From positions 128,702-192,701 of the forward strand of contig JAXMEE010000012.1 in the NCBI GenBank assembly GCA_046348465.1: DNA of 64,000 nt, given 5' to 3'. This DNA is from Burkholderiaceae bacterium (GTDB lineage Bacteria > Pseudomonadota > Gammaproteobacteria > Burkholderiales > Burkholderiaceae_E). A model generated the notes under the pieces. That model was not told the origin of the DNA. It saw only the letters and a program-made list of their open reading frames with translations, and ran no database searches. Shown here in pieces: positions 23,608 to 32,118 of this stretch (the first letter of the stretch is position 1; the number at the start of each line of letters is the position of its first letter). The position numbers and the translations under genes were made by a program.

Positions 23608-24492
23608 ATGGAGATCTTCGGCGTACCCACCCAGGCGCTGTTCGGCCAGTTGCTGATCGGGCTGATCAACGGCTCGTTCTACGCGCTGCTGTCGCTGGGG
23701 CTGGCGGTCATCTTCGGCCTGCTGAACATCATCAATTTCTCGCACGGCGCGCAGTACATGATGGGCGCGTTCTGCGGCTACTTCCTGCTCACCAAGCTCG
23801 GCATGGGCTACTGGTGGTCGCTGCTGCTGGCCCCGATCGCGGTCGGCGCCACCGGCGTCGTCGTCGAGCGGCTGATGCTCTCGCGGCTGTACAAGCTCGA
23901 CCACCTCTACGGGCTGCTGCTGACGTTCGGGCTGGCGCTGATCATCCAGGGCCTGTTCAGGAACGAGTTCGGGTCCTCCGGCCAGCCGTACCCGATCCCG
24001 CCGGAGCTCTCGGGCGGGCGCAACCTCGGCTTCATGTTCCTGCCCAACTACCGGGCGTGGGTGATCGTGGCGTCGCTGATCGTGTGCCTGGGCACCTGGT
24101 ACATGATCGAGCGCACCAAGCTCGGCGGCTACCTGCGCGCCGCCACCGAGAACCCGTCGCTGGTGCAGGCGTTCGGCATCAACGTGCCGCGCATGATCAC
24201 GCTCACGTACGGATTCGGCGTCGGGCTGGCGGCGCTGGGCGGGGTGATGGCCGCGCCGATCTACCAGGTCAGCCCGCAGATGGGCTCGGACCTCATCATC
24301 GTCGTGTTCGCGGTCGTCGTGATCGGCGGCATGGGATCGATCCTCGGGTCGATCGTCACCGGATTCGGGCTCGGCCTCGTCGAGGGCCTGACCAAGGTGT
24401 TCTACCCGGAGGCGTCCAACACCGTGATCTTCGTGATCATGGCCCTGGTGCTGCTGGTCAAGCCGGCCGGCCTGTTCGGCACGCAGAAGTAA
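23608..24492 (+). CDS. Liv-type ABC transporter permease (LivH-like)
   Basis: GLAVIFGLLNIINFSHG, VVVIGGMGS, KPAGLFG. Confidence 0.93.
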   Translation: MEIFGVPTQALFGQLLIGLINGSFYALLSLGLAVIFGLLNIINFSHGAQYMMGAFCGYFLLTKLGMGYWWSLLLAPIAVGATGVVVERLMLSRLYKLDHLYGLLLTFGLALIIQGLFRNEFGSSGQPYPIPPELSGGRNLGFMFLPNYRAWVIVASLIVCLGTWYMIERTKLGGYLRAATENPSLVQAFGINVPRMITLTYGFGVGLAALGGVMAAPIYQVSPQMGSDLIIVVFAVVVIGGMGSILGSIVTGFGLGLVEGLTKVFYPEASNTVIFVIMALVLLVKPAGLFGTQK

Positions 24493-24503
24493 GGAGGCCC
24501 ACG

Positions 24504-25472
24504 ATGTCCGCATCCGTCTCCCACGCGCTCGCGGCCCACGGGTCCGGCGACGCGCGTCCGCTGAGGATCGCGTTCGGCGTCATGCTGGCGTTCTTCGTGC
24601 TCGCGCCGGCGGTGATCTATCCGGTCTTCCTGATGAAGGTGATGTGCTTCGCGCTGTTCGCGTGCGCGTTCAACCTGCTGATCGGCTTCGGCGGCCTGCT
24701 GTCGTTCGGTCACGCGATGTTCCTCGGCACCGCCGGGTACGTCGCCGCGTACTCGGCGAAGTCCTGGGGCGTCTCGCCGGAGATCGCGATCCTGCTGGCG
24801 ACCGCCGCCGCGGCGCTGCTGGGCTGGGTCGCCGGCCTGCTCGCGATCCGGCGCCAGGGGATCTACTTCTCGATGATCACGCTGGCGCTGGCGCAGATGG
24901 TGTTCTTCTTCTACCTGCAGGCGCCGTTCACCGGCGGCGAGGACGGGATCCAGGCGGTGCCGCGAGGCCGGCTGCTCGGGCTCGTCGATCTCTCCGACAT
25001 GGCCGCGATGTACGTGTTCGTGACCGCGATCTTCGTGTTCGGCTTCCTCGCCATCTACCGCATCGTGCACTCGCCGTTCGGGCAGATCCTGAAGGCGATC
25101 CGCGAGAACGAGCCGCGCGCGATCTCGCTCGGCTACGACACCGACCGCTACAAGCTGATGGCGTTCGTGCTCTCGGGCACGATCGCCGGGATGGCCGGCG
25201 CGACGAAGTCGCTCGTCTTCCAGCTCGCGTCGCTCACCGACGCGCACTGGTCGATGTCCGGCGAAGTCGTGCTGATGACGCTGGTGGGCGGGCTGGGCAC
25301 GATCTTCGGCCCGGTGGTCGGCGCGGCGATCATCATCACCATGCAGAACTACCTCGCGCAGCTCGGCGCCTGGGTCACGGTGGTGCAGGGCGTGATCTTC
25401 GTCGTCTGCGTGCTCGCGTTCCGGCGCGGCGTCGTCGGCGAGATCGCGAACCTGATCCGAAAGCCGCTCTGA
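24504..25472 (+). CDS. Liv-type ABC transporter permease (LivM-like)
   Basis: AGGAGG RBS; GLLSFGHA, YFSMITLA, TGGEDG, AIRENE, GGLGTIFGP. Confidence 0.93.
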   Translation: MSASVSHALAAHGSGDARPLRIAFGVMLAFFVLAPAVIYPVFLMKVMCFALFACAFNLLIGFGGLLSFGHAMFLGTAGYVAAYSAKSWGVSPEIAILLATAAAALLGWVAGLLAIRRQGIYFSMITLALAQMVFFFYLQAPFTGGEDGIQAVPRGRLLGLVDLSDMAAMYVFVTAIFVFGFLAIYRIVHSPFGQILKAIRENEPRAISLGYDTDRYKLMAFVLSGTIAGMAGATKSLVFQLASLTDAHWSMSGEVVLMTLVGGLGTIFGPVVGAAIIITMQNYLAQLGAWVTVVQGVIFVVCVLAFRRGVVGEIANLIRKPL

Positions 25473-25562
25473 CGGCGGGACCCTCCGGGGCCCGTCAGGG
25501 ATTCGACAGGTCCGAGGGGCTACGGTCACTCGCCCGGGCATTCCGCCCGGCCAGGAGACCGC

Positions 25563-25802
25563 ATGTCCACCGCCGCAGTACCCGCCCCCGCGCCGAGCAG
25601 GAGCCTCTACCAGCTCGTCCTGACCATCGTCCTCGTGCTGGTCGGGGTCGACGTCGTCACGCTGTTCGTCGCCGGCGCGCTGCACATGACCGCGGTGCTG
25701 AACGTCGCGCTGGGCATCTTCGTCTGGGTGCAGATGGCGATGACCGGCGCCAGCGCGCTGTCGATCCCGGTCACGCTGGTGCGCCGGGCGGTGCGCAAGT
25801 AG
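25563..25802 (+). CDS. small hypothetical membrane protein (79 aa)
   Basis: AGGAG RBS 5 nt before ATG; GC3-rich codons; two hydrophobic helices; fills the gap between operons. Confidence 0.65.
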   Translation: MSTAAVPAPAPSRSLYQLVLTIVLVLVGVDVVTLFVAGALHMTAVLNVALGIFVWVQMAMTGASALSIPVTLVRRAVRK

Positions 25803-25836
25803 TGCCGGGCGGCGCGCGCGGCCCGGCGCCCGCGCG

Positions 25837-27417
25837 CTACTCGACGACCGTCTGCGACTGCTCGCGCAGGTACAGCGGCAGGTACCAGTAAGACCCGATC
25901 GCCTTGCCGGTGCTGCCGCTGCCCTTCCAGCCGCCGAACGGCTGGTAGCCGGGCCAGGCGCCGGTGGTCGCGCCCTGCGGCCGGTTCACGTAGGTGACGC
26001 CGGCCTCGATGCGCGCGAGGAAGTCGTCGACCTCGTGCGCGCCGCCGTAGAAGCCGGCGGTCAGGCCGTAGTCGGACGCGTTGGCGCGCACGATCGCCTC
26101 GTCCACCGACTCCACCTCGCCGACCAGCACCAGCGGAATGAACTTCTCTTCGCGCCAGAGGCTGTACTCGAACGGCGCGCTCGCGACCGTCGGCGCGACG
26201 AACCAGCCGCGCGCGCGCTCGCCGTCGCGCAGTGCCCGCCCGCCTTCGTCGATGCGGCCATGGCGCGCGAGGTTCTCGCAGCACTTGCGGTAGCGCTCGA
26301 ACGCGGCCTCGCTGATCACCGGGCCCATCCAGTTCGCGCGCAGCGTCGGGTCGCCGACCGCGATCGCGCGCGTGAGCTCGACCACGCGCTCGCGCAGCGC
26401 CTGCGCGACCGGCCGCTCCACGTACACGCGCGAGCACGCCGAGCACTTCTGCCCCTGCAGCCCGAACGCCGAGCGCACGATGCCGGTGGCCGCGCGCTCC
26501 AGGTCCGCGTGCCGGGTGACGATCGCCGCGTTCTTGCCGCCCATCTCGGCGATGCACGGCCGCGGCCACGCGCCCTGCGCGAACGCGCGCACGATGCCCA
26601 TGCCGACCTCGTAGGAGCCGGTGAACGTCGCGCCCGCCACCTCCGGGTGGCGCACGAGCGCGTCGCCGACGACCGACCCCGCGCCGGTCAGGTAGTTGAC
26701 CGCGCCCTCCGGGAGTCCGGCGTCGAGGAATGCGTCCATCAGCAGCCGTCCGCTCCACGCGGTGTCGCTCGCGACCTTGAAGACCACGGTGTTGCCCGCG
26801 ACCAGCGCCGCGCCGAGCGGGCCGCCGGCGAGCGCGAACGGGAAGTTGAACGGCGCGATCACGGCCCACACGCCGTGCGGCTTGAGCAGCGTGCGGTTGC
26901 GGCTCGTCCAGCCGGCGAGCGGGTCGTCGGGCAGGCGGCGGTCGAAGCCGTCGTTCGCCTGCATCTGGTCGCAGTACCACGTGATCAGGTCCGCGGTCTC
27001 CTGGACCTCGGCGATCGACTCCATCCGGTTCTTGCCGACCTCGAGCGCGACCGCGGCGGAGATCTCGTAGACGCGCGCCTCGATGTTCGCGGCGGCGCGG
27101 CGCAGCAGGCGCACGCGCTCGGCCCACGGCGTGCGCGACCAGGCCGGATACGCGGCGCGCGCGGCGCGCACGGCGTCGTCGACGTCGCCGGCGCCGCCCG
27201 CGGGGAAGCGCGCGAGCAGCCAGTCGCGGTCGATCGGCGAGCGCACCTCGAAGGTCGCGGGCGCGCCGCGGTCGCGCCCGCCGACCGACATCGCGTGCTC
27301 CGTGCCGCGGCGCGCGTGCACCTGCGCGAGCGCGGCCTCGAAGCGCTCGTGCAACTCCGGCGGCGGGTCGAACATCGTGCCGTAGGTGAGCTTGAAGGGA
27401 GCGGTCGTCGTGCTCAT
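25837..27417 (-). CDS. aldehyde dehydrogenase, 1-pyrroline-5-carboxylate dehydrogenase (RocA/PruA)-like
   Basis: APFNFP, FTGS, EMGGKN, GQKCSACSR (catalytic Cys), TTGA..QPFGG typical of P5CDH-type ALDHs. Confidence 0.85.
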   Translation of the reverse strand: MSTTTAPFKLTYGTMFDPPPELHERFEAALAQVHARRGTEHAMSVGGRDRGAPATFEVRSPIDRDWLLARFPAGGAGDVDDAVRAARAAYPAWSRTPWAERVRLLRRAAANIEARVYEISAAVALEVGKNRMESIAEVQETADLITWYCDQMQANDGFDRRLPDDPLAGWTSRNRTLLKPHGVWAVIAPFNFPFALAGGPLGAALVAGNTVVFKVASDTAWSGRLLMDAFLDAGLPEGAVNYLTGAGSVVGDALVRHPEVAGATFTGSYEVGMGIVRAFAQGAWPRPCIAEMGGKNAAIVTRHADLERAATGIVRSAFGLQGQKCSACSRVYVERPVAQALRERVVELTRAIAVGDPTLRANWMGPVISEAAFERYRKCCENLARHGRIDEGGRALRDGERARGWFVAPTVASAPFEYSLWREEKFIPLVLVGEVESVDEAIVRANASDYGLTAGFYGGAHEVDDFLARIEAGVTYVNRPQGATTGAWPGYQPFGGWKGSGSTGKAIGSYWYLPLYLREQSQTVVE

Positions 27418-27501
27418 GGCGGTGCTTCCTGGGAGGGGCGGCGCGCCATCGTGCGGCGCCGGCCCCCCCGTCGTCAAGGAGTTCGGCCTCGGGGTTCGGC
27501 C

Positions 27502-28821
27502 TCAGGGCTTTCCGAAGAAGAGGTTCGGGAAGAAGAGCGCGATGTCCGGCACCAGGACGACGATCAGCACGCCGATCATCGTGACGATCACGTACGGGAT
27601 CACCGACGTGTAGATCTCGCCCATCGTCACCCCGGGCGGCGCGACGCCTTTGATGTAGAACAGGTTGAAGCCGAACGGAGGGGTCATGTAGCCGACCTCC
27701 ATCATGATGATGAAGATCACGCCGAACCAGATCGGGTCGAACCCGGCGGCGTCGATCACCGGCAGGAAGACGGGCAGCGTGATGAGCATGATCCCGACCG
27801 GGTCGAGCACCATCCCCAGGACGAACAGGACCAGGATCATGAACGTGAGCGCTCCCCACTTGCCGCCCGGGATCAGCTTCATCAGGTCCTGGATGAAATC
27901 GTGGGCGCCGAGCGTGGTGTACGCGGTGGAGAACGCGTGCGCGGCGAACAGGATCCACATGATCAGTGCCGTGAGCCGCAGCGTCTGCAGCGCCGACGTG
28001 CGCAGGACCTCGATCGAGAGCTGGCGATTGATCGCGGCGGCGATCATCGCGCCCAGCACGCCGATCGCCGCCGCCTCGGTCGGCGTGGCGAGCCCTCCGA
28101 AGATCGCCCCGAGCACCATGAGGACGATCATGATCGGCAGCAGCACGGCCTTCAGCGAGCGCATCTTCTCGGAGAAGTCTCCACGCTCCTCGGGCGGCAG
28201 CGCCGGCGCGATCGACGGCTGCAGCCAGGCGCGCACCGCGATGTAGATCGAGACGAGCACGAACAGCAGGATGCCCGGGCCGATCCCCGACGCGAACAGC
28301 CGGCCCACCGAGACCTCGCTGATCATCGCGTACAGCACCATCGGGATCGACGGCGGGATCAGGATGCCCCAGCCGCCGCCCGCGTTGATCGCGCCCAGCG
28401 ACAGTTTCGTGTCGTATCCGCGCTCGAGCATCCGCGGCAGAGCGATCGTGCCCATCGTCACCACGGCCGCGCCGCTGATGCCGCTCATCGCCGCGAAGAT
28501 CGCGCAGATCGCGACGGTGCCGATCGCGAGCCCGCCGCGCATTCCGCCGAACCACAGGTGCATCATCGAGTACAGCGCCCGCGCCACGCCCGATCGCTCG
28601 AGCAGCATCGCCATGTACACGTAGAGCGGGATCGCGATCAGCGTGAAGCTGGTCATCGAGTCCCAGAACTTCGACGCCACGATGTAGAAGCTGACCGGGC
28701 CCATCGAGAAGAACAGGAACACGATGGAGACGCCGCCCAGCACGAAGGCCAGCGGCACCCCGAGCAGCAGGAACAGCAGCAGCGACCCGAAGAACAGGAA
28801 GGTGAGGAGTTCTACCGACAC
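27502..28821 (-). CDS. TRAP transporter large permease DctM
   Basis: LIAIPLY, FAAMSG, GILIPPS, ATPTEAAA, MTPPFGFNLF; GTG start. Confidence 0.93.
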   Translation of the reverse strand: MSVELLTFLFFGSLLLFLLLGVPLAFVLGGVSIVFLFFSMGPVSFYIVASKFWDSMTSFTLIAIPLYVYMAMLLERSGVARALYSMMHLWFGGMRGGLAIGTVAICAIFAAMSGISGAAVVTMGTIALPRMLERGYDTKLSLGAINAGGGWGILIPPSIPMVLYAMISEVSVGRLFASGIGPGILLFVLVSIYIAVRAWLQPSIAPALPPEERGDFSEKMRSLKAVLLPIMIVLMVLGAIFGGLATPTEAAAIGVLGAMIAAAINRQLSIEVLRTSALQTLRLTALIMWILFAAHAFSTAYTTLGAHDFIQDLMKLIPGGKWGALTFMILVLFVLGMVLDPVGIMLITLPVFLPVIDAAGFDPIWFGVIFIIMMEVGYMTPPFGFNLFYIKGVAPPGVTMGEIYTSVIPYVIVTMIGVLIVVLVPDIALFFPNLFFGKP

Positions 28822-28836
28822 GTTCGCGGCCCCCGC

Positions 28837-29379
28837 TCAGTGCGAAGGCTCGTCGGAGGCCTGCTTGCCGAACGTCGCCTCGTCGTTCGGCAGCCCCATC
28901 AGCACGCGGACGTCGGAGACAAGCCGCACGATGCCCTGCAGCAGGACGAGCACGCCGGCGACCGGTATCGCAATCTTGACCGGCCAGACGTGCGGGTTCC
29001 AGATGCTCTGCGACGTCTCCAGCTTCATCGTCGACTCCCACGCCATCGACGTCCCCTGCCAGAGCAGCACGCCGACGAACAGGAAGAAGAGGACCGACGT
29101 GCACACGTCGACCAGCGCCTTGCGCCGCATCGAGTAGCGGCCGTAGAAGATGTCGACGTTGACGTGCGCACGCTCCGCCAGCAGCCAGCCGCCACCGATC
29201 ACCGCGTAGACGCCGAACACCAGCTGCGTGAGCTCGGTGGTCCAGATCGTGGGGCGGCCGACCGCGTATCGCATGGCCACGTCGAAGATCAGCATCGCGA
29301 ACATCGGCAGGATGAGCCAGGCGAAGGTGCGGCCGATCCAGTGATTCAATTGGGTGATCGCGCGAGCGAGCCGGAGCAT
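28837..29379 (-). CDS. TRAP transporter small permease DctQ
   Basis: Four TM segments; DVAMRY..PTIW, HVNVDI. Confidence 0.9.
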   Translation of the reverse strand: MLRLARAITQLNHWIGRTFAWLILPMFAMLIFDVAMRYAVGRPTIWTTELTQLVFGVYAVIGGGWLLAERAHVNVDIFYGRYSMRRKALVDVCTSVLFFLFVGVLLWQGTSMAWESTMKLETSQSIWNPHVWPVKIAIPVAGVLVLLQGIVRLVSDVRVLMGLPNDEATFGKQASDEPSH

Positions 29380-29468
29380 GCGGAGAACTCCTGTCGTGGT
29401 CGCGAGCGGGCGTGGTGCGCAGGCGCACGGCTGCCTGACCGCCGCGCCCGTCGGGACGAGGTCGAACT

Positions 29469-29491
29469 CCCGGCGCGCGCCGCGCGCCGGG
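29469..29491. other. 10-bp stem-loop immediately downstream of dctP
   Basis: CCCGGCGCGC-GCC-GCGCGCCGGG. Confidence 0.5.
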
Positions 29492-29499
29492 GGGGCGGG

Positions 29500-30540
29500 T
29501 CAGACGTAACCGAGGTCCTTCATGAAGGCCGTGAGGATTCCGGCGCCCTTCGCGCCGAGCTCGCCCTTGGAGGCTTCCTTGGCGAGGATCGCCTGGGAGG
29601 CTTCGCCGAACTTCTTCAGGACGGCGTCGGGCCAGCGCACGACTTCGACCTTCATGGTCGCACGCCCCTTGGTCAACGCGACTTCCTCCTTGTGCTGGTA
29701 CTCGACGGTACGGCTGAAGAAGCGTTCCTCGGCCAGCGACATCAGCTGCAGCCGCAGGTCGGCGGGCAGCTTGTCGACCGCGGCCTTGTTGAAGACGTAG
29801 GCGTCGGTCGTGACGCCGAGCGCCGGCTTCATGTGGTAGCGCGCCACCTCCCACAGCTTCATCGTCAGCGCTCCCTGCGCCGCGCCCCAGTGCGCGCCGT
29901 CGACGACGCCGGTGGACAGCGCCTGGTAGAGCTCGGGCCCGGCGACCTGCGTCGGAGAAGCGCCGGCGGCCGCGAGGTAGTCGAGCATCGTACCGGCCGA
30001 GCGCAGCTTCAGCGACTTGAAGTCGTCCATCGTCGCGATCTTCTTCTTCACGACCAGTTCGGTCGAATAGGCCTTCTCGGTACGATAGATCACGCCCTTG
30101 GGCTCGAGCTCGCGATTGACCAGCGCCTCGCCGCCGAGATTCTTGAGGTAGTGCGCGAGCTCCCAGGGCTCGCGCAGCGAGCCGGGCACCCCGTAGGCCA
30201 GGCCCATCGCCTGGGCCTCGCCGAGGATGTACGCCGCCGACAGCGTGCCCATCTCGACGACGCCGCGGCTGACGATGTTGTAGATCTCGCGGTCCTTCGC
30301 GAGCTCGCCGGCGCCGAACAACTGCATCTTGAAACGGCCGCCGGTGCGCCGGCCGAGTTCGGCGGCGAACCACTCGAGGCTGTCCTTGAACGACGCGGAA
30401 GCCTTCGGCCAGTGCGCCTGGACCTTCCAGTTGACGGTGGACTGCGCCCGCGCGCTGCCGATGATCGCCGGCGCACCGGCGATCACGAGCGAAGTCTTCA
30501 GGATCGCGCGGCGATCGGGAGTTCCAGAACGTTCTTTCAT
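29500..30540 (-). CDS. TRAP transporter substrate-binding protein DctP (Tat-type signal)
   Basis: DRRAILK twin-Arg leader; WKVQAHW, FKSLKLR, ELYQALSTGVVDG. Confidence 0.9.
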   Translation of the reverse strand: MKERSGTPDRRAILKTSLVIAGAPAIIGSARAQSTVNWKVQAHWPKASASFKDSLEWFAAELGRRTGGRFKMQLFGAGELAKDREIYNIVSRGVVEMGTLSAAYILGEAQAMGLAYGVPGSLREPWELAHYLKNLGGEALVNRELEPKGVIYRTEKAYSTELVVKKKIATMDDFKSLKLRSAGTMLDYLAAAGASPTQVAGPELYQALSTGVVDGAHWGAAQGALTMKLWEVARYHMKPALGVTTDAYVFNKAAVDKLPADLRLQLMSLAEERFFSRTVEYQHKEEVALTKGRATMKVEVVRWPDAVLKKFGEASQAILAKEASKGELGAKGAGILTAFMKDLGYV

Positions 30541-30741
30541 ATGTGTGTCTCCTCCGGAGAGCGTTGCGGTTGCGCACGCACGGTGCGCCCTGTCGTCGTG
30601 GAATCCGGGCGCTTTGGACGGCGACCATACATGCATCGCGACGCGCTTGTCCAATCAGGGGTCTTGCCCGCCGCGACGCGGGCGACGGTGACCCTCGCCC
30701 CGCATCGTCGGGAAAACCTCCGCTGGTGAAAGCGGGAGCAT

Positions 30742-30757
30742 TGTGAAAATATTCGCA
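30742..30757. promoter_or_regulatory. CRP/FNR-family-like palindrome between divergent TRAP systems
   Basis: TGTGA-AAATAT-TCGCA, one mismatch from TGTGA-N6-TCACA; AT-rich island in GC-rich spacer. Confidence 0.45.
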
Positions 30758-30878
30758 CGAATGCGGTTGTCCGCCCGGATCGCGCCTCGCACGAACGCGG
30801 CGCGCGCGTCGGGGCGGCCGGGGGGTTCGGTTCAGCCGGGGCGCACGACCCCGGCAATCTCGACGGAGGGAGACGCGA

Positions 30879-32042
30879 ATGGAGACGAAGCGGCGGGACT
30901 ACCTGAAGGGCGGCGCGGGCATCGCGACGGCCGGGATTCTCGGCACGGGCAGACTGGCGCGGGCACAGACGGCGCTTGCGGGTCTGCCGTCGACGATGAT
31001 CTGGAGCACCTACGACGTCGGCTCGACCGGCTACGTCGAGGCGTCCGCGGTCGCCGAGGCCTTCGGCAAGAAGTACGGATCACGCGTGAGGCTGCAGCCT
31101 TCCGGCAGCGCGATCGGGCGGGTCAAGCCGATGACGGACGGGCGCGCATCACACGCCTGGCTCGCCAACGAACTGTACTTCGCCGTCGAGGGCCTCTACG
31201 AGTACTGTGCGCAGGAGTGGGGGCCGCAGGACCTGCGCGTCCTCATGGGGAGGCTGAATTCGTTCTCGATCGCGGCGACCCGCACCAGCGGCATTCGCGC
31301 GCCGAAGGACCTCAAGGGCAAGCGTTTTGCGATCGCGCGGGCCAACAGTTCGGTGAACGTGAAGGTCGAGCCGATCCTGGCCTTCGCCGGGCTGACGTGG
31401 CGCGACCTGCAGCTGATCGAATTCCCGAGCTACGGCGCGACGCTGAAGGCGCTGGTCGAAGGCAAGGCCGATTGCGCAGGGGTCGCGCCGGCGGCGGCCA
31501 CGCTTCGCGAACTCGAGGCGAGCCCGCACGGCATCGGTTGGGTGGCGCTCGATCCCGCGAACAAGGAAGGCTGGCAGCGCGTGCGCGGCGTGGTGCCGTT
31601 CGTGGAGCCTTTCCAGGAGACCATCGGCGCCGGCCTTTCGGCGTCGAACCCGGTGTGGATGATCGGATACCGCTATCCGATGATCACCGTTCCGGCGAAC
31701 GCGAAGGAGGCCGAGGTCTACGCGATGACCAAGGCGGTGGCCGAGACCTTCGATCTCTACAGGAACGCGAACCCGATCATGCCGCGCTGGCAGCCCGACA
31801 AGGCCGGCACGCCGCCGATGGACGCCGCGTTCCACGACGGCGCGATCCGCTACCTCAAGGAAGCCGGCATCTGGAAGCCCGAGCACCAGGCGTGGCAGAG
31901 CGGCATGCTCAAGCGCCACGCGGCGATGCAGACCGCCTGGAAGGAGATGATGACCAAGGACCCGATCGCGAGGTCGCTCGAGTCGACCGCCCTGCAGAAG
32001 GTCTGGGAGATCCGTCGGGCAGAGGCGCTGCGCAAGCTCTGA
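30879..32042 (+). CDS. TAXI family TRAP transporter solute-binding subunit
   Basis: KRRDYLK Tat leader; YDVGSTGY, DLKGKR, FHDGAIRYLKEAG; followed by fused permease. Confidence 0.88.
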   Translation: METKRRDYLKGGAGIATAGILGTGRLARAQTALAGLPSTMIWSTYDVGSTGYVEASAVAEAFGKKYGSRVRLQPSGSAIGRVKPMTDGRASHAWLANELYFAVEGLYEYCAQEWGPQDLRVLMGRLNSFSIAATRTSGIRAPKDLKGKRFAIARANSSVNVKVEPILAFAGLTWRDLQLIEFPSYGATLKALVEGKADCAGVAPAAATLRELEASPHGIGWVALDPANKEGWQRVRGVVPFVEPFQETIGAGLSASNPVWMIGYRYPMITVPANAKEAEVYAMTKAVAETFDLYRNANPIMPRWQPDKAGTPPMDAAFHDGAIRYLKEAGIWKPEHQAWQSGMLKRHAAMQTAWKEMMTKDPIARSLESTALQKVWEIRRAEALRKL

Positions 32043-32118
32043 TCCCGTGCGCGCGCCGCCGCCGGAAGGCGGCGGCGACGCTTCGGGGCGTTCCCGCATT
32101 CCCCTCCAGGCCCTTCCC

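Noticed and set aside
25607..30628. 1673-aa minus-strand ORF spanning the TRAP and ALDH genes
   Set aside because: Alternative-frame Arg-rich read-through overlapping four well-supported genes
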